Position numbers and translations under genes: made by a program
Shown: in pieces, positions 55,067 through 64,000 of the stretch
How the letters are laid out: the number at the start of each line of letters is the position of its first letter
How positions within the stretch are numbered: position 1 is the stretch's first letter
DNA from: an uncultured Gammaproteobacteria bacterium
GTDB taxonomy: Bacteria > Patescibacteriota > Microgenomatia > Daviesbacterales > UBA10151
Length of the DNA: 64,000 nt
Reading direction: 5' to 3'
NCBI GenBank assembly: GCA_964393525.1
Contig: CAYMTV010000002.1
Span: forward strand, 23,001-87,000
Notes under the pieces: generated by a model
What the model was told of the DNA's origin: nothing
Database searches by the model: none
Seen by the model: the letters and a program-made list of their open reading frames with translations, nothing else

Positions 55067-57247
55067 TTAGTCATCTTTTAGAAAACGGTAAGTTTTAAAA
55101 CCCGAGTATATTAAACACAAAATTAAACTGGCAAGCAGTATTAAAAGTGGTAGTTTTGGTATATCCCAATAGATTAGGTATTTAAACCACCAAAAATCAG
55201 GGGTTCTTTCATAAACTTGAGTATGCATCTCCCAAAATCTCCAGGGATCAGTAATGCTTTCTCCGTATGTATTATATTTAACACCCATCATAGCAGGACC
55301 CAAGGAAGAGACATAAGGGAAATCAAAAGTTTCTTTATTGACATCATTACCGTCAATAGCAAAAGAGATTAAACTAAAAATTTGAGGGACATATTTTTTT
55401 GGTTGGGTATTTTTATTTTCGTATTTCGAAGGGTCATCTCTGTATTGGTTTAACTCACTGGACTGGCTCATTGGGGATATAGTTTCAAAACTTACTGTCA
55501 GCCAATTATCTTTATTTTTAAGCAGGTTCCCGGGAATATTTAGATCAATCAGTTTCCTTTCTGCAGGCAGAAACTTTTCACTTTCAAGTATAACATTATC
55601 ATTTAATGATACTTTGATTATTGCTGAATTTGAGGCTTCCTCAATTGGATGGTTAATTAGACCCAGTGAAATTTTTTTGACAGGAAACCTAGTACGGTCA
55701 TCAAATAAGATGTCTCCTTTTCTCTCAATTACCCTCCATCTTTCATTCCCCACCAGGAATGGGAAATCTATCCCGTCATGGAAACGGACATTATAAAGCC
55801 CATGGTCAATAATTTGAGGAAGCGCTTGAAAAAGTTTAACTAGTTCTCTTGAGAGCATAATAACCGGCGAATATCTGGGAATGAAATTGCTATAAGTAAA
55901 ATTTGTAAATTCAGTCGAGTTTACATAGAACTTTTCCTGAAGATCATGGTATTTAATTTGATATGGCATTAAAATACCTAACATATTAATATAAAAGCCT
56001 ATTAATAATAGCGGGAAAAAGATGAATAACTTCTGGGGTTTAGACAGCTTAACAAAAATCCAACTAACTATTAAAATCCCAAAAGGTATTAAAGGGCTAA
56101 GGTACCTTGGCCCCCAACTGGATTCCCCATGCCAAATCGCGGCCACCCCCCTTTGAGCATCAAAGGTACGTTGGGATGCAAAAAATATAATGGTTATTAT
56201 TGAAAGAATTAGAAATACCAAAGTTTCCGGATAAATTACTTTTTTTATTCTATGCCAGAAAAAGATAGTTACTAAAAGGATTGGTGAGTATAGAAAAATA
56301 CTCCTTCCAGGGGAAAATAATTGACCATATATCCCTTCAAAAAAAACTGGTTTTGGTATATCTAAAAAAGGCGCTACTCCTCTGCCTGCTATGTTTAATG
56401 GATTTGCTAAGTTTTGGGTTGTACCTGAGCGAAGATTTTCAAACCAGAGATAAATGATAAGAAGTGGTAAAGTTCCCAGGAAAAAGATTAGCAAATTGCT
56501 TAGCAAAAATTTTATCTTTAAACTGCCTATGAATTTTTTAGGTGATGTGAAGATAAGGCGAAGTTTCGACAAAATCAGGATATAAATACCAAGTGGTATA
56601 ACTGCAAGTAAAAATGTCTGGTTATAAGTAATACTTACCATCCCAAAAGAGGCCCCGGCAAATATTAAAAACAACTTTTTTTTAGTTTGAAAATATTTTT
56701 TTATAAGGAAAAATGCTAACACTAAAAAAGCTGTAAACATCATATGAGGGAAGGAATATTTAGCGTATGGAAGTAGATTGGTTGTAAACAACCCTGCAAA
56801 ACTTATTAATAATGCCTGTTTTTTGGATAATCCCAATTCTAAAAGATACAAAAATATGGTTACTCCTAAAACAGCAGCAAAAAATCCATTAGTAAATGAT
56901 GCTGTTAAAAGTATTAACCAGTCATTTTCTAAGGGAAAATGCACCGGAGGGGATATGTTATAGATCTTATAGACCATATCGGTTATAGCAACAGCCGGTA
57001 AATACGCTAAGGAATATCCTAAACCTGTAGGGCTGTAGGTTTTGCCGTCTCCAGCTACATAAGTACTCATATGGATGTTCTCCCGTATGTTGTAGCCATA
57101 CTCGGGTGCTGTGGGTTCCCCTTTGTAATAAATATTTCTGGCAACAGCTAAATACTGAAAACCATCCTGGGAGTCAATCACCCCGGAGGATAAAATTAAA
57201 AAAGTTGCCAGTAAACTAAAGAAATAGTAAGTGATGAATTTTTTCAT
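55067..57247 (-). CDS. Large GT-C/ArnT-like membrane protein (paralog B)
   Basis: DSQDG, multi-TM, GRSIFLYSP, WHGESSWGPRYL, C-terminal extracytoplasmic beta domain. Confidence 0.75.
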   Translation of the reverse strand: MKKFITYYFFSLLATFLILSSGVIDSQDGFQYLAVARNIYYKGEPTAPEYGYNIRENIHMSTYVAGDGKTYSPTGLGYSLAYLPAVAITDMVYKIYNISPPVHFPLENDWLILLTASFTNGFFAAVLGVTIFLYLLELGLSKKQALLISFAGLFTTNLLPYAKYSFPHMMFTAFLVLAFFLIKKYFQTKKKLFLIFAGASFGMVSITYNQTFLLAVIPLGIYILILSKLRLIFTSPKKFIGSLKIKFLLSNLLIFFLGTLPLLIIYLWFENLRSGTTQNLANPLNIAGRGVAPFLDIPKPVFFEGIYGQLFSPGRSIFLYSPILLVTIFFWHRIKKVIYPETLVFLILSIITIIFFASQRTFDAQRGVAAIWHGESSWGPRYLSPLIPFGILIVSWIFVKLSKPQKLFIFFPLLLIGFYINMLGILMPYQIKYHDLQEKFYVNSTEFTNFTYSNFIPRYSPVIMLSRELVKLFQALPQIIDHGLYNVRFHDGIDFPFLVGNERWRVIERKGDILFDDRTRFPVKKISLGLINHPIEEASNSAIIKVSLNDNVILESEKFLPAERKLIDLNIPGNLLKNKDNWLTVSFETISPMSQSSELNQYRDDPSKYENKNTQPKKYVPQIFSLISFAIDGNDVNKETFDFPYVSSLGPAMMGVKYNTYGESITDPWRFWEMHTQVYERTPDFWWFKYLIYWDIPKLPLLILLASLILCLIYSGFKTYRFLKDD

Positions 57248-59096
57248 GATTTTAAAGCAAACAATATCTTCAGAGTCTTATTACCGGAGTATATTAAACT
57301 CAAAATTAAAGTAGCAAGTAATATTAAAAGTGGTAGTTTTGGTATATCCCAATAGATTAGGTATTTAAACCACCAAAAATCAGGGGTTCTTTCATAAACT
57401 TGAGTATGTAATTCCCAAAATCTCCACGGGTCAGTAATGCTTTCTCCGTATGTATTATATTTATATCCCATCGCCGTACCTAAGGAAGAAACATAAGGAA
57501 AATCCAGGCTTTCTAAATTGATAGGGGTATCATTAATTGAAAAAGCTATTAACCCTAAGATTTGCTTATGGTTTTTTATAACAGTTTGGTCTTTATAGTT
57601 TACATTAATCACAAGTTTATTATCCTTATCTTTTAAAAGTGATTGTTTAACCGGTAAAACAAAAATATTTCTTTCCTTTGCCTCAAGGGTTAACGGCTGA
57701 TCCGATAATGACTGACCATTAAGAGAGATATTTACTATCGCTTGGGAACCTGACTCCGTAATCGGATGATTTATAAGTCCGAAGGTTAATTTTTTAACCG
57801 TGTCCTTTTTAAAATTATCAAATGATATATAACCTGTTCCTTCAATTACCCTCCATCTCTCCGGTCCAACCGGAAATGAAAAATCTATACCGTCATAGAA
57901 TTTAGCATTATATTTACCATGGTCGATAGTTTGCGGGATGGATTGCGGAAGGGCTCTTAACTTTTTTGACATCTGTATTATAGGCGAAAACCTGGGGATA
58001 AAATTGCTGTAAGTATGGGTGGTAAACTCTGTAGCATTGACAAAAAAATTAGGTTGTAAATCATGGTATTTAATCTGGTAAGGCATAACCACTCCAAGCA
58101 TATTAATATAAAAACCTAAAATCAGAAGCGGAAGGAAAATAAATAGTTTCTGATACCTGGATAGATTTTTAAAAATGCTACCGATTATCAATACCCCAAA
58201 AGGCAAAAGAGGTATTAAATATCTGGGACCCCAGCTCGATTCACCATGCCAGAGTCCGGCAATTCCCTGATCAGGGCCGCCCACACTATACTGAGTAGCA
58301 TAAAAAAGTACATAAATTGCTGATATGGCAATGAAAACCAGAGTCTCGTTTAAAGCTATTTTTTTGATCTTGTTCCAGAATAAGATAATTAGTAGAAAGA
58401 TCGGGGAATATATAAAGATACTCCTCCCGGAAGAGAATAATTGACCATACAACCCTTCAAAAAAGATTATCTTAGGAAGTCGTTGTAAGGGGATTGCCGT
58501 CCTGCTTGCCAGAACAAAAGGGTTTGCCAGGTTTTCAGTCCCCCCTGCCCTTAGATTTTCAAACCAGAAATAGACTACTAAAAGAGGTAAAAATCCAAGC
58601 GTAAAAATAAGCAGATTTTTTAATAAATGGTTTTTCCGAAAGCCCGTTAAGAAGTCTGTTACTGATGAAAGGCTAAATTTAGGTTTTGATAACAAAAGAA
58701 AATATAACCCTAAAGGGATTGCAGAAAGTATAAATGTCTGGTTATAAGTAATACTTACCATCCCAAAAGAGGCCCCGGCAAATATTAAAAACAACTTTTT
58801 TTTAGTTTGAAAATATTTTTTTATAAGGAAAAATGCTAACACTAAAAAAGCTGTAAACATCATATGAGGGAAGGAATATTTAGCGTATGGAAGTAGATTG
58901 GTTGTAAACAACCCTGCAAAACTTATTAATAATGCCTGTTTTTTGGATAATCCCAATTCTAAAAGATACAAAAATATGGTTACTCCTAAAACAGCAGCAA
59001 AAAATCCATTAGTAAATGATGCTGTTAAAAGTATTAACCAGTCATTTTCTAAAGGAAAATGCACCGGAGGGGATATGTTATAGATCTTATAGACCA
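56612..59096. repeat. Near-identical ~365-bp tract shared by the tandem paralogs (56612-56976 and 58732-59096)
   Basis: Offset is 2120 bp and I saw one mismatch (56933 g vs 59053 a). A second near-identical tract lies at ~55140-55281 vs ~57323-57464. Confidence 0.9.
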
Positions 59097-59367
59097 GGTC
59101 AGTTACCGCCACAGCTGGCAACATCGCTAAGGAAAAACCTAATCCAGTAGGACTATAGGTATTGCCATCTTTTCCTAAATAAGTACTTAGGTGTACGTTC
59201 TCCCTCCTATTATATTCATATACTGGTGCAGTTGGCTTCCCTTTGTAATAAATATTTCTGGCAACAGCCAAATACTGAAAACCATCCTGTGAATCAATAA
59301 CCCCGGAAGAAAGAAGAGAAAAAGTAGCTAATAGGAAGAAGAAAAAATATATCAGGAGCTTTTTCAC
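57244..59367 (-). CDS. Large GT-C/ArnT-like membrane protein (paralog A)
   Basis: Same motifs as 55067-57247. GTG 59367 (GTGA overlap) matches the paralog's N-terminus MKK. Confidence 0.75.
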   Translation of the reverse strand: MKKLLIYFFFFLLATFSLLSSGVIDSQDGFQYLAVARNIYYKGKPTAPVYEYNRRENVHLSTYLGKDGNTYSPTGLGFSLAMLPAVAVTDLVYKIYNISPPVHFPLENDWLILLTASFTNGFFAAVLGVTIFLYLLELGLSKKQALLISFAGLFTTNLLPYAKYSFPHMMFTAFLVLAFFLIKKYFQTKKKLFLIFAGASFGMVSITYNQTFILSAIPLGLYFLLLSKPKFSLSSVTDFLTGFRKNHLLKNLLIFTLGFLPLLVVYFWFENLRAGGTENLANPFVLASRTAIPLQRLPKIIFFEGLYGQLFSSGRSIFIYSPIFLLIILFWNKIKKIALNETLVFIAISAIYVLFYATQYSVGGPDQGIAGLWHGESSWGPRYLIPLLPFGVLIIGSIFKNLSRYQKLFIFLPLLILGFYINMLGVVMPYQIKYHDLQPNFFVNATEFTTHTYSNFIPRFSPIIQMSKKLRALPQSIPQTIDHGKYNAKFYDGIDFSFPVGPERWRVIEGTGYISFDNFKKDTVKKLTFGLINHPITESGSQAIVNISLNGQSLSDQPLTLEAKERNIFVLPVKQSLLKDKDNKLVINVNYKDQTVIKNHKQILGLIAFSINDTPINLESLDFPYVSSLGTAMGYKYNTYGESITDPWRFWELHTQVYERTPDFWWFKYLIYWDIPKLPLLILLATLILSLIYSGNKTLKILFALKS

Positions 59368-60845
59368 GACTTTTTCCATGATAGCATTAACTTTGCAAGC
59401 TTTATATCATAAATCTTAAGTCTGAATCCAAGACCTGCGAAAATTACCGTATAGATTATTCCGCTTAAAATAAATTCAAACCAATTCTTGGGTGAAAAAT
59501 GAATTAACCTTATTAGTATGAAAAACGCCAGGGAAAAGATAAAAATTTTTAGGTAAAACTGATACGGTATCTTAAAATCCACAAACTTTTTAATTATAGA
59601 AGTGAATACAATACAAAGCCCGAATCCAGCGAAAGTACTGGTAATAGCTGCACCAATAACCCCAAATTGCCAAATTAAGATTATGTTTAAGCAAATATTT
59701 ATAACTGCCACAATTGTTAATACACGCAACCTTTCTTTAACCTTTCCAATCCCTAATGTAATAATCCCTGTAATTGAAGAAGTCAACACGCCAATATAAG
59801 CTAAAGAAAATATCGACAGGGAGATTTCTAAAAAATCCAGCCATTTTAGACCAAAAATCAAAGCTATTGTAGAGGATGGAAACATAATAACAAACAATGA
59901 AAAATAGACACCGATAAAGGGGATAATTTCGTAAACTTTACTTATTAGGTACCTTAACTTTTTTTTCTCTCCCTCGTAAAGGTGTGAAACCAAGGGAAAG
60001 AGGATGCTGTTTAATGGCGAAAACAATACGAGGGGGATTGAGGCAATTGGAACAACAACATTATAAATTCCTACCTCCTTAACCCCTTTAAGTAACGTTA
60101 AAAGAAAAATATCTGATGACACAAGCAATGAATAAATAAAAGTGGTTAAAAAAGCCGGTAAGGCGTATTTGTATATCGATATAAATATTTGATGGTCCCA
60201 AGACAGGTTATTGGCTGATAATATCCGGTGTCTAGTCCAAAGCAAATACAAAAAAACGACAGTTATAATTGAATACCCAAAAATCCAGGACAGGGCATAA
60301 AAGATGGGCGCATTTAGGTCTACTGCCAGAAAAGTCAAAGAGAAAAATAAAACTAAAACTGACCTTAAGACAATTATTAGTGAGTAGTATTTTGGTTTTT
60401 GCAGTCCGGTAAAAATCTGTAGAATACTATTTAAGATGCTGTTAATTATTAAAAACACACAGAAAACATAAATTAGATACTCGCTTCCAGAAACTTTAAA
60501 ATAGTTCTTAGCTAAAAATGGCGCCAGTATTATCAAAATAAGGGAAATTATCATCGAGACTGCAAATTGGATAATTTGGCCATATGTATAGGCATTCCAG
60601 ACTTTTTTATACTTTTTTGACTTAAAGTATTTGGGGATAAAGTAAACAATAGCTTCCCCAAAACCCAAATCCGCGTGGACAGAAATTATGCTAAAAAAAC
60701 CAAATACCGCATAAAACAAACCGTAATCTTCAACCGACAGTGACCTAGAATATAACACCCTGATAAAATAGGCCAACACTGCCCCTAAAAAGCTTAGAAC
60801 TAGAACTATTACACTCCCCCTAATAACATTTTCTGAAAAAGACAT
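59364..60845 (-). CDS. Wzx-like oligosaccharide flippase
   Basis: 12-14 TM helices, LSVEDYGLF, DLGFG, D..LL...GV.EVGIY, LFPLVS, GVIGAA. ATG 60845 preferred. Confidence 0.88.
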   Translation of the reverse strand: MSFSENVIRGSVIVLVLSFLGAVLAYFIRVLYSRSLSVEDYGLFYAVFGFFSIISVHADLGFGEAIVYFIPKYFKSKKYKKVWNAYTYGQIIQFAVSMIISLILIILAPFLAKNYFKVSGSEYLIYVFCVFLIINSILNSILQIFTGLQKPKYYSLIIVLRSVLVLFFSLTFLAVDLNAPIFYALSWIFGYSIITVVFLYLLWTRHRILSANNLSWDHQIFISIYKYALPAFLTTFIYSLLVSSDIFLLTLLKGVKEVGIYNVVVPIASIPLVLFSPLNSILFPLVSHLYEGEKKKLRYLISKVYEIIPFIGVYFSLFVIMFPSSTIALIFGLKWLDFLEISLSIFSLAYIGVLTSSITGIITLGIGKVKERLRVLTIVAVINICLNIILIWQFGVIGAAITSTFAGFGLCIVFTSIIKKFVDFKIPYQFYLKIFIFSLAFFILIRLIHFSPKNWFEFILSGIIYTVIFAGLGFRLKIYDIKLAKLMLSWKKS

Positions 60846-60918
60846 ATTGCCAAGTATAACTAACTTAAACACTTTTTGTACATTAATTATTTTCCACAAT
60901 TTGATATGATTTTCAACA

Positions 60919-61770
60919 ATGTTTCTTAAGCAAGCTGTAGCTATTGCCTTAATTACCTATTATCCAAAATGGTACGTAGGTAAATTAAAAAAAATCTCTA
61001 ATACCGATAAAGTCAGGGGCGATTTGGCATTGGAATTTATCCAAAAAGCAATTAATTTGGGTTATCAAGTCGTTGCAGTAGATGGTCACAGTTCTAAAAG
61101 CTTTCTAAAACAGTTAAACCAGTTTTCAGAGCTTAAAATTATTAAACGACGTGGCCATAAACGATCCCCTGCCAAAAGACAGGCTTTTAAAGCAGCTTCA
61201 AACCTTTCAGAAGTTAAAGTAATTATTGCTACTGAGGCTGAGAAAGTTTCTTTAATTGACTTTCTTGAAGTCTTAGTAAAACCGGTCCTTGAAGAAAAAG
61301 TAGATATAGTTGTTCCAAAAAGGCAGGATGACTTATTTAGGGAAACTTATCCGGATTACATGTACGAATCAGAGATGGAAGGGAATAAGCTCTGCAATGA
61401 GCAACTTAAGCTTAGTGGAATTCTTCCCAAAGATGCAAATGAATTAGATTTATTTTTTGGACCAAGGGTATTTAAAAATGATAAAAAAGTTTTAGCACTT
61501 TTTTTAAGGAAATTTCTTTTCTCTAAAGAGCATTTTTTAGGTGAATATTTTGATCCTGAGGAACTTGCCAATACTCAATTTTCCCCAGTAATTATAGCTT
61601 TAAAAAAAGGCTTTAAGGTAAAAAGTGTTACTGTGCCTTTTTCTTACCCAAAGGTACAAAAGGAAAACGAAAGCATAGGCGCCAGAGAAGCTTTTGAGGG
61701 AAAAAGGGGATCTCAAAGAATGGGACTTTTACTAGAATTGATGCATTTATTGAATTACTTAAAGAAATGA
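60919..61770 (+). CDS. Divergent GT-A fold (GT2-like) protein
   Basis: VAVDGHSS, TEAEK in the DxD position, DIVVPKR, FGPR. Confidence 0.6.
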   Translation: MFLKQAVAIALITYYPKWYVGKLKKISNTDKVRGDLALEFIQKAINLGYQVVAVDGHSSKSFLKQLNQFSELKIIKRRGHKRSPAKRQAFKAASNLSEVKVIIATEAEKVSLIDFLEVLVKPVLEEKVDIVVPKRQDDLFRETYPDYMYESEMEGNKLCNEQLKLSGILPKDANELDLFFGPRVFKNDKKVLALFLRKFLFSKEHFLGEYFDPEELANTQFSPVIIALKKGFKVKSVTVPFSYPKVQKENESIGAREAFEGKRGSQRMGLLLELMHLLNYLKK

Positions 61771-61810
61771 ACCCAAAATGCCATTTGTTCACAATTGTGA
61801 ATTTTTGGTA
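61771..61810. terminator. Possible bidirectional terminator or palindrome between convergent genes
   Basis: TTCACAATTGTGAA palindrome flanked by CCAAAA/TTTTGG. Confidence 0.35.
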
Positions 61811-61828
61811 CAGGTTTAGATTTCAAAT

Positions 61829-63049
61829 TTAAGATTTGTTTTCTATATCTTTAAACTCAGGTGTCAGAAAAACTCTTGCCTCTATTTCATCAGCAATTCT
61901 TTCAGAAGCTTTGCCATCTGGTTTATATCTTTCCATTCTTCTTTGCAGCAATCTTTTATAATCATCATCCAAAAGGACACCATTTAGCACATTTCTCATA
62001 TCTTCTAAATTAGTAATAAGTGGACTAGTTTTATCCTCAATAACTGGCACCCAAAGTCCTTCCATAGCTGGATGTTCTCTGAGAATTTGTGGTATAACTA
62101 CACTTCCAACAGGCACTTGCCAAGCAGCAGCCTGTAATGCGATGGTTGATCTCTCCTGAAATAAGGCACTTGAGGCTGCTATTACTAGGTTAGCATCTGA
62201 TACTAAATCTGAGGTTGCATAAATTAGTCGCCTGGAAAAAGGACTTAATAATTCTTGGTAAACTCTAATATTTTCTTTGTCAGCAGGGTGAAATCTCACT
62301 GCCAACATCCAATCCAATAATTCTAAATCTCTTAACCCAGAAAGAAAAACTTTAAAAGATTCTACTGTCCCTTTTCCAACTTGCCCAAACCAGGTGATTA
62401 AATCAACGTTTTTTGGCACTCCTAACTTATTCCTAATCTCTTCCCAAATCTTGGTTTTATCTGCATTTGCGATACTATCAAAAGCCGGCTGGCCTAGAGC
62501 CAATACTCTATCAGAAGTTATTGGATAACCTTCAAGCTTTAAAAGTTCAGCTTCCTTTGCCTGCTCATTCATGACAAATAAAATTCCGGGAGCGGCGTTT
62601 GGATTAGTTCTGATTTTTTCACCCAGAGAATCTATATATGCAGCCGGATAATCCTCAACTGCAAAGGTTGGGATACCTCTTTCCCTGCCAAATGCGTTTA
62701 AAGTAGCATCAAAATCAGGGTTAGAAGACATGCCGGTAATCATTGCATCTGGCTTCAATCTTTCTACTCTGGACAAAGGATTAACTGACCTTGAGCTATT
62801 AAATCCTGCAGAACGAAAAATACCTTCAGCTCTTCCTCTTAACAGCCCATAGACTTCCCAACCTCTTCTATTTAGTTCCAACGCAACTGGCAGGATAGCG
62901 TTAGATTGACCAGTATCCATAGCTCCAACAACTGCTATCTTAGGCTCTCTTTCCTTATTATTTGGAGCAGAAATTAAAAGTAATTTTGATTCCTGAAAAC
63001 CTGGGTCGAAAAAGCCAAAAAATTCTGGTGACAAATTAATTCTACTCAT
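61829..63049 (-). CDS. GT-B fold protein (TagF/sialyltransferase/epimerase-like)
   Basis: LGQPAFD, VRFHP, ST.ALQA...VP, DGKASERIAD. Confidence 0.6.
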   Translation of the reverse strand: MSRINLSPEFFGFFDPGFQESKLLLISAPNNKEREPKIAVVGAMDTGQSNAILPVALELNRRGWEVYGLLRGRAEGIFRSAGFNSSRSVNPLSRVERLKPDAMITGMSSNPDFDATLNAFGRERGIPTFAVEDYPAAYIDSLGEKIRTNPNAAPGILFVMNEQAKEAELLKLEGYPITSDRVLALGQPAFDSIANADKTKIWEEIRNKLGVPKNVDLITWFGQVGKGTVESFKVFLSGLRDLELLDWMLAVRFHPADKENIRVYQELLSPFSRRLIYATSDLVSDANLVIAASSALFQERSTIALQAAAWQVPVGSVVIPQILREHPAMEGLWVPVIEDKTSPLITNLEDMRNVLNGVLLDDDYKRLLQRRMERYKPDGKASERIADEIEARVFLTPEFKDIENKS

Positions 63050-63067
63050 AAATTCTATATTATAAGT

Positions 63068-64000
63068 TCAAGCATATGTGGTGGAAGCCTCACTTTTTTG
63101 GAGAACGTTAAATAAATCCTCAACTTTAGTTTGTTTCTTTTTTGTCCCTCTTTTATATTTATTTAGGCGCTTTTTATAGATTTTATTGTCTGGCAGGATT
63201 ATATTAAATAGCCCCGCATCGATCATATGTTCTGCCTCCTCATCGGTAAAAAGCCTCTCGGTCATCTTTTCCTTATCTCTTGCACCAACAATTTTTAAAC
63301 CAATTTTTTTACCATTGCTATACCTTTTAATAAGTTCACTGGCTAATTCATAAATATTATACTTAGGCATCTTTAAAACAAATATCTCGCTCCCTAGCAT
63401 CTTTGATGTAGCCAAAAATACCAAATGAACCGCTTCCTGAATGCTCATGAAGTACCTTTCCATATTTTTATCAGTCACTAGTACTGGCCCGCCTTTTTTT
63501 ATCTGCTCCATCCAAAGTGGCAAAACCGAGCCTCTCGAGTTTATTACATTTCCAAATCTGACAACAGCAAATTTAATTTCAGGGTTGCCAGAATAATTGG
63601 GGGCAGAAACTACCATTCTTTCCATCATCAGCTTGGTAATTCCCATAAAAGTATTCGGATAGACTGCTTTGTCGGTCGAGATTGCTACCATTTTTTCTAC
63701 CCTGTGGTCGATCGATAAGTCAATGACGTTTTGGGTGCCAACAACATTAGTTTTTATTGCCTCAAAAGGATTGTCTTCGCAAAAAGGGACATGTTTTAAA
63801 GCTGCAGCATGAAAGACGATGTCAATATTATTAAACGCCCTGTCTAAACGATCCTTATCTCGGATATCACCGATTAGAAATCGCAGAATTTTTAAGTTTT
63901 TTGCAAGCTGGGAAAATTCCTGACGAAGGTAAAATTGTTTAGTCTCATCCCTTGAGAAAATTCTAATTTGTTTTGGGTTGAATTTAAGAAGTTGTCTCAC
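63068..64000 (-). CDS. UDP-GlcNAc 4,6-dehydratase (PseB/FlaA1/CapD family); 5' end outside the window
   Basis: FSRDE.KQ, GDIRD, FHAAALKHVP, ISTDKA, VRFGNV..SRGSV.P. Confidence 0.92.
   Translation of the reverse strand: MRQLLKFNPKQIRIFSRDETKQFYLRQEFSQLAKNLKILRFLIGDIRDKDRLDRAFNNIDIVFHAAALKHVPFCEDNPFEAIKTNVVGTQNVIDLSIDHRVEKMVAISTDKAVYPNTFMGITKLMMERMVVSAPNYSGNPEIKFAVVRFGNVINSRGSVLPLWMEQIKKGGPVLVTDKNMERYFMSIQEAVHLVFLATSKMLGSEIFVLKMPKYNIYELASELIKRYSNGKKIGLKIVGARDKEKMTERLFTDEEAEHMIDAGLFNIILPDNKIYKKRLNKYKRGTKKKQTKVEDLFNVLQKSEASTTYA

Noticed and set aside
56778-59083. Two identical 61-aa plus-strand ORFs as a repeated small gene or IS
   Set aside because: They are the antisense reading of the shared tract within the tandem paralogs. 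There are no terminal repeats or transposase.
1-64000. tRNA, rRNA, tmRNA, CRISPR arrays, transposases, defence systems
   Set aside because: None recognised by eye. Intergenic spaces are mostly under 210 nt and lack tRNA T-loop/D-loop motifs. A tRNAscan/Infernal run would be the definitive check.

Overview
This is an AT-rich chromosomal segment of a small-genome bacterium. The gene set and protein style suggest a CPR/Patescibacteria (Microgenomates-like) organism, which is an inference. The left third (1-17.9 kb, minus strand) carries recO, alpha2-type glyQS, a hypothetical gene, a dcw cluster (mraZ, ftsL-like, ftsI, murE, truncated murB-like, degenerate murF-like, mraY, ftsW, murG, ftsQ, ftsA, ftsZ) and a type-2 ileS. 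The ileS runs off the left edge and is missing from the ORF track. The remaining ~46 kb is one large surface-glycosylation region: DUF4012, a priming phosphoglycosyl transferase, about 14 GT2/GT4 enzymes, about ten multi-TM GT-C-like proteins, a Wzx-like flippase, Wzm/Wzt, a WlbABC-like amino-sugar triad, FkbM, a PseB/CapD-like dehydratase and a displaced rsmH. I recognised no tRNA, rRNA, CRISPR array or transposase. The most notable sequence-level signals are: (i) a dispersed family of GC-RNR-GC-capped DNA mini-hairpins, sitting at two gene 3'-end duplications and in an in-frame insertion inside a glycosyltransferase; (ii) an H-type pseudoknot just upstream of ftsA; (iii) -10 boxes 6-9 nt before many start codons, suggesting leaderless mRNAs; (iv) an IleRS2 with GVHH/EMHKS signature motifs; (v) a recurring A-T/S-x-S-G/A motif in extracytoplasmic loops, a candidate glycosylation sequon.
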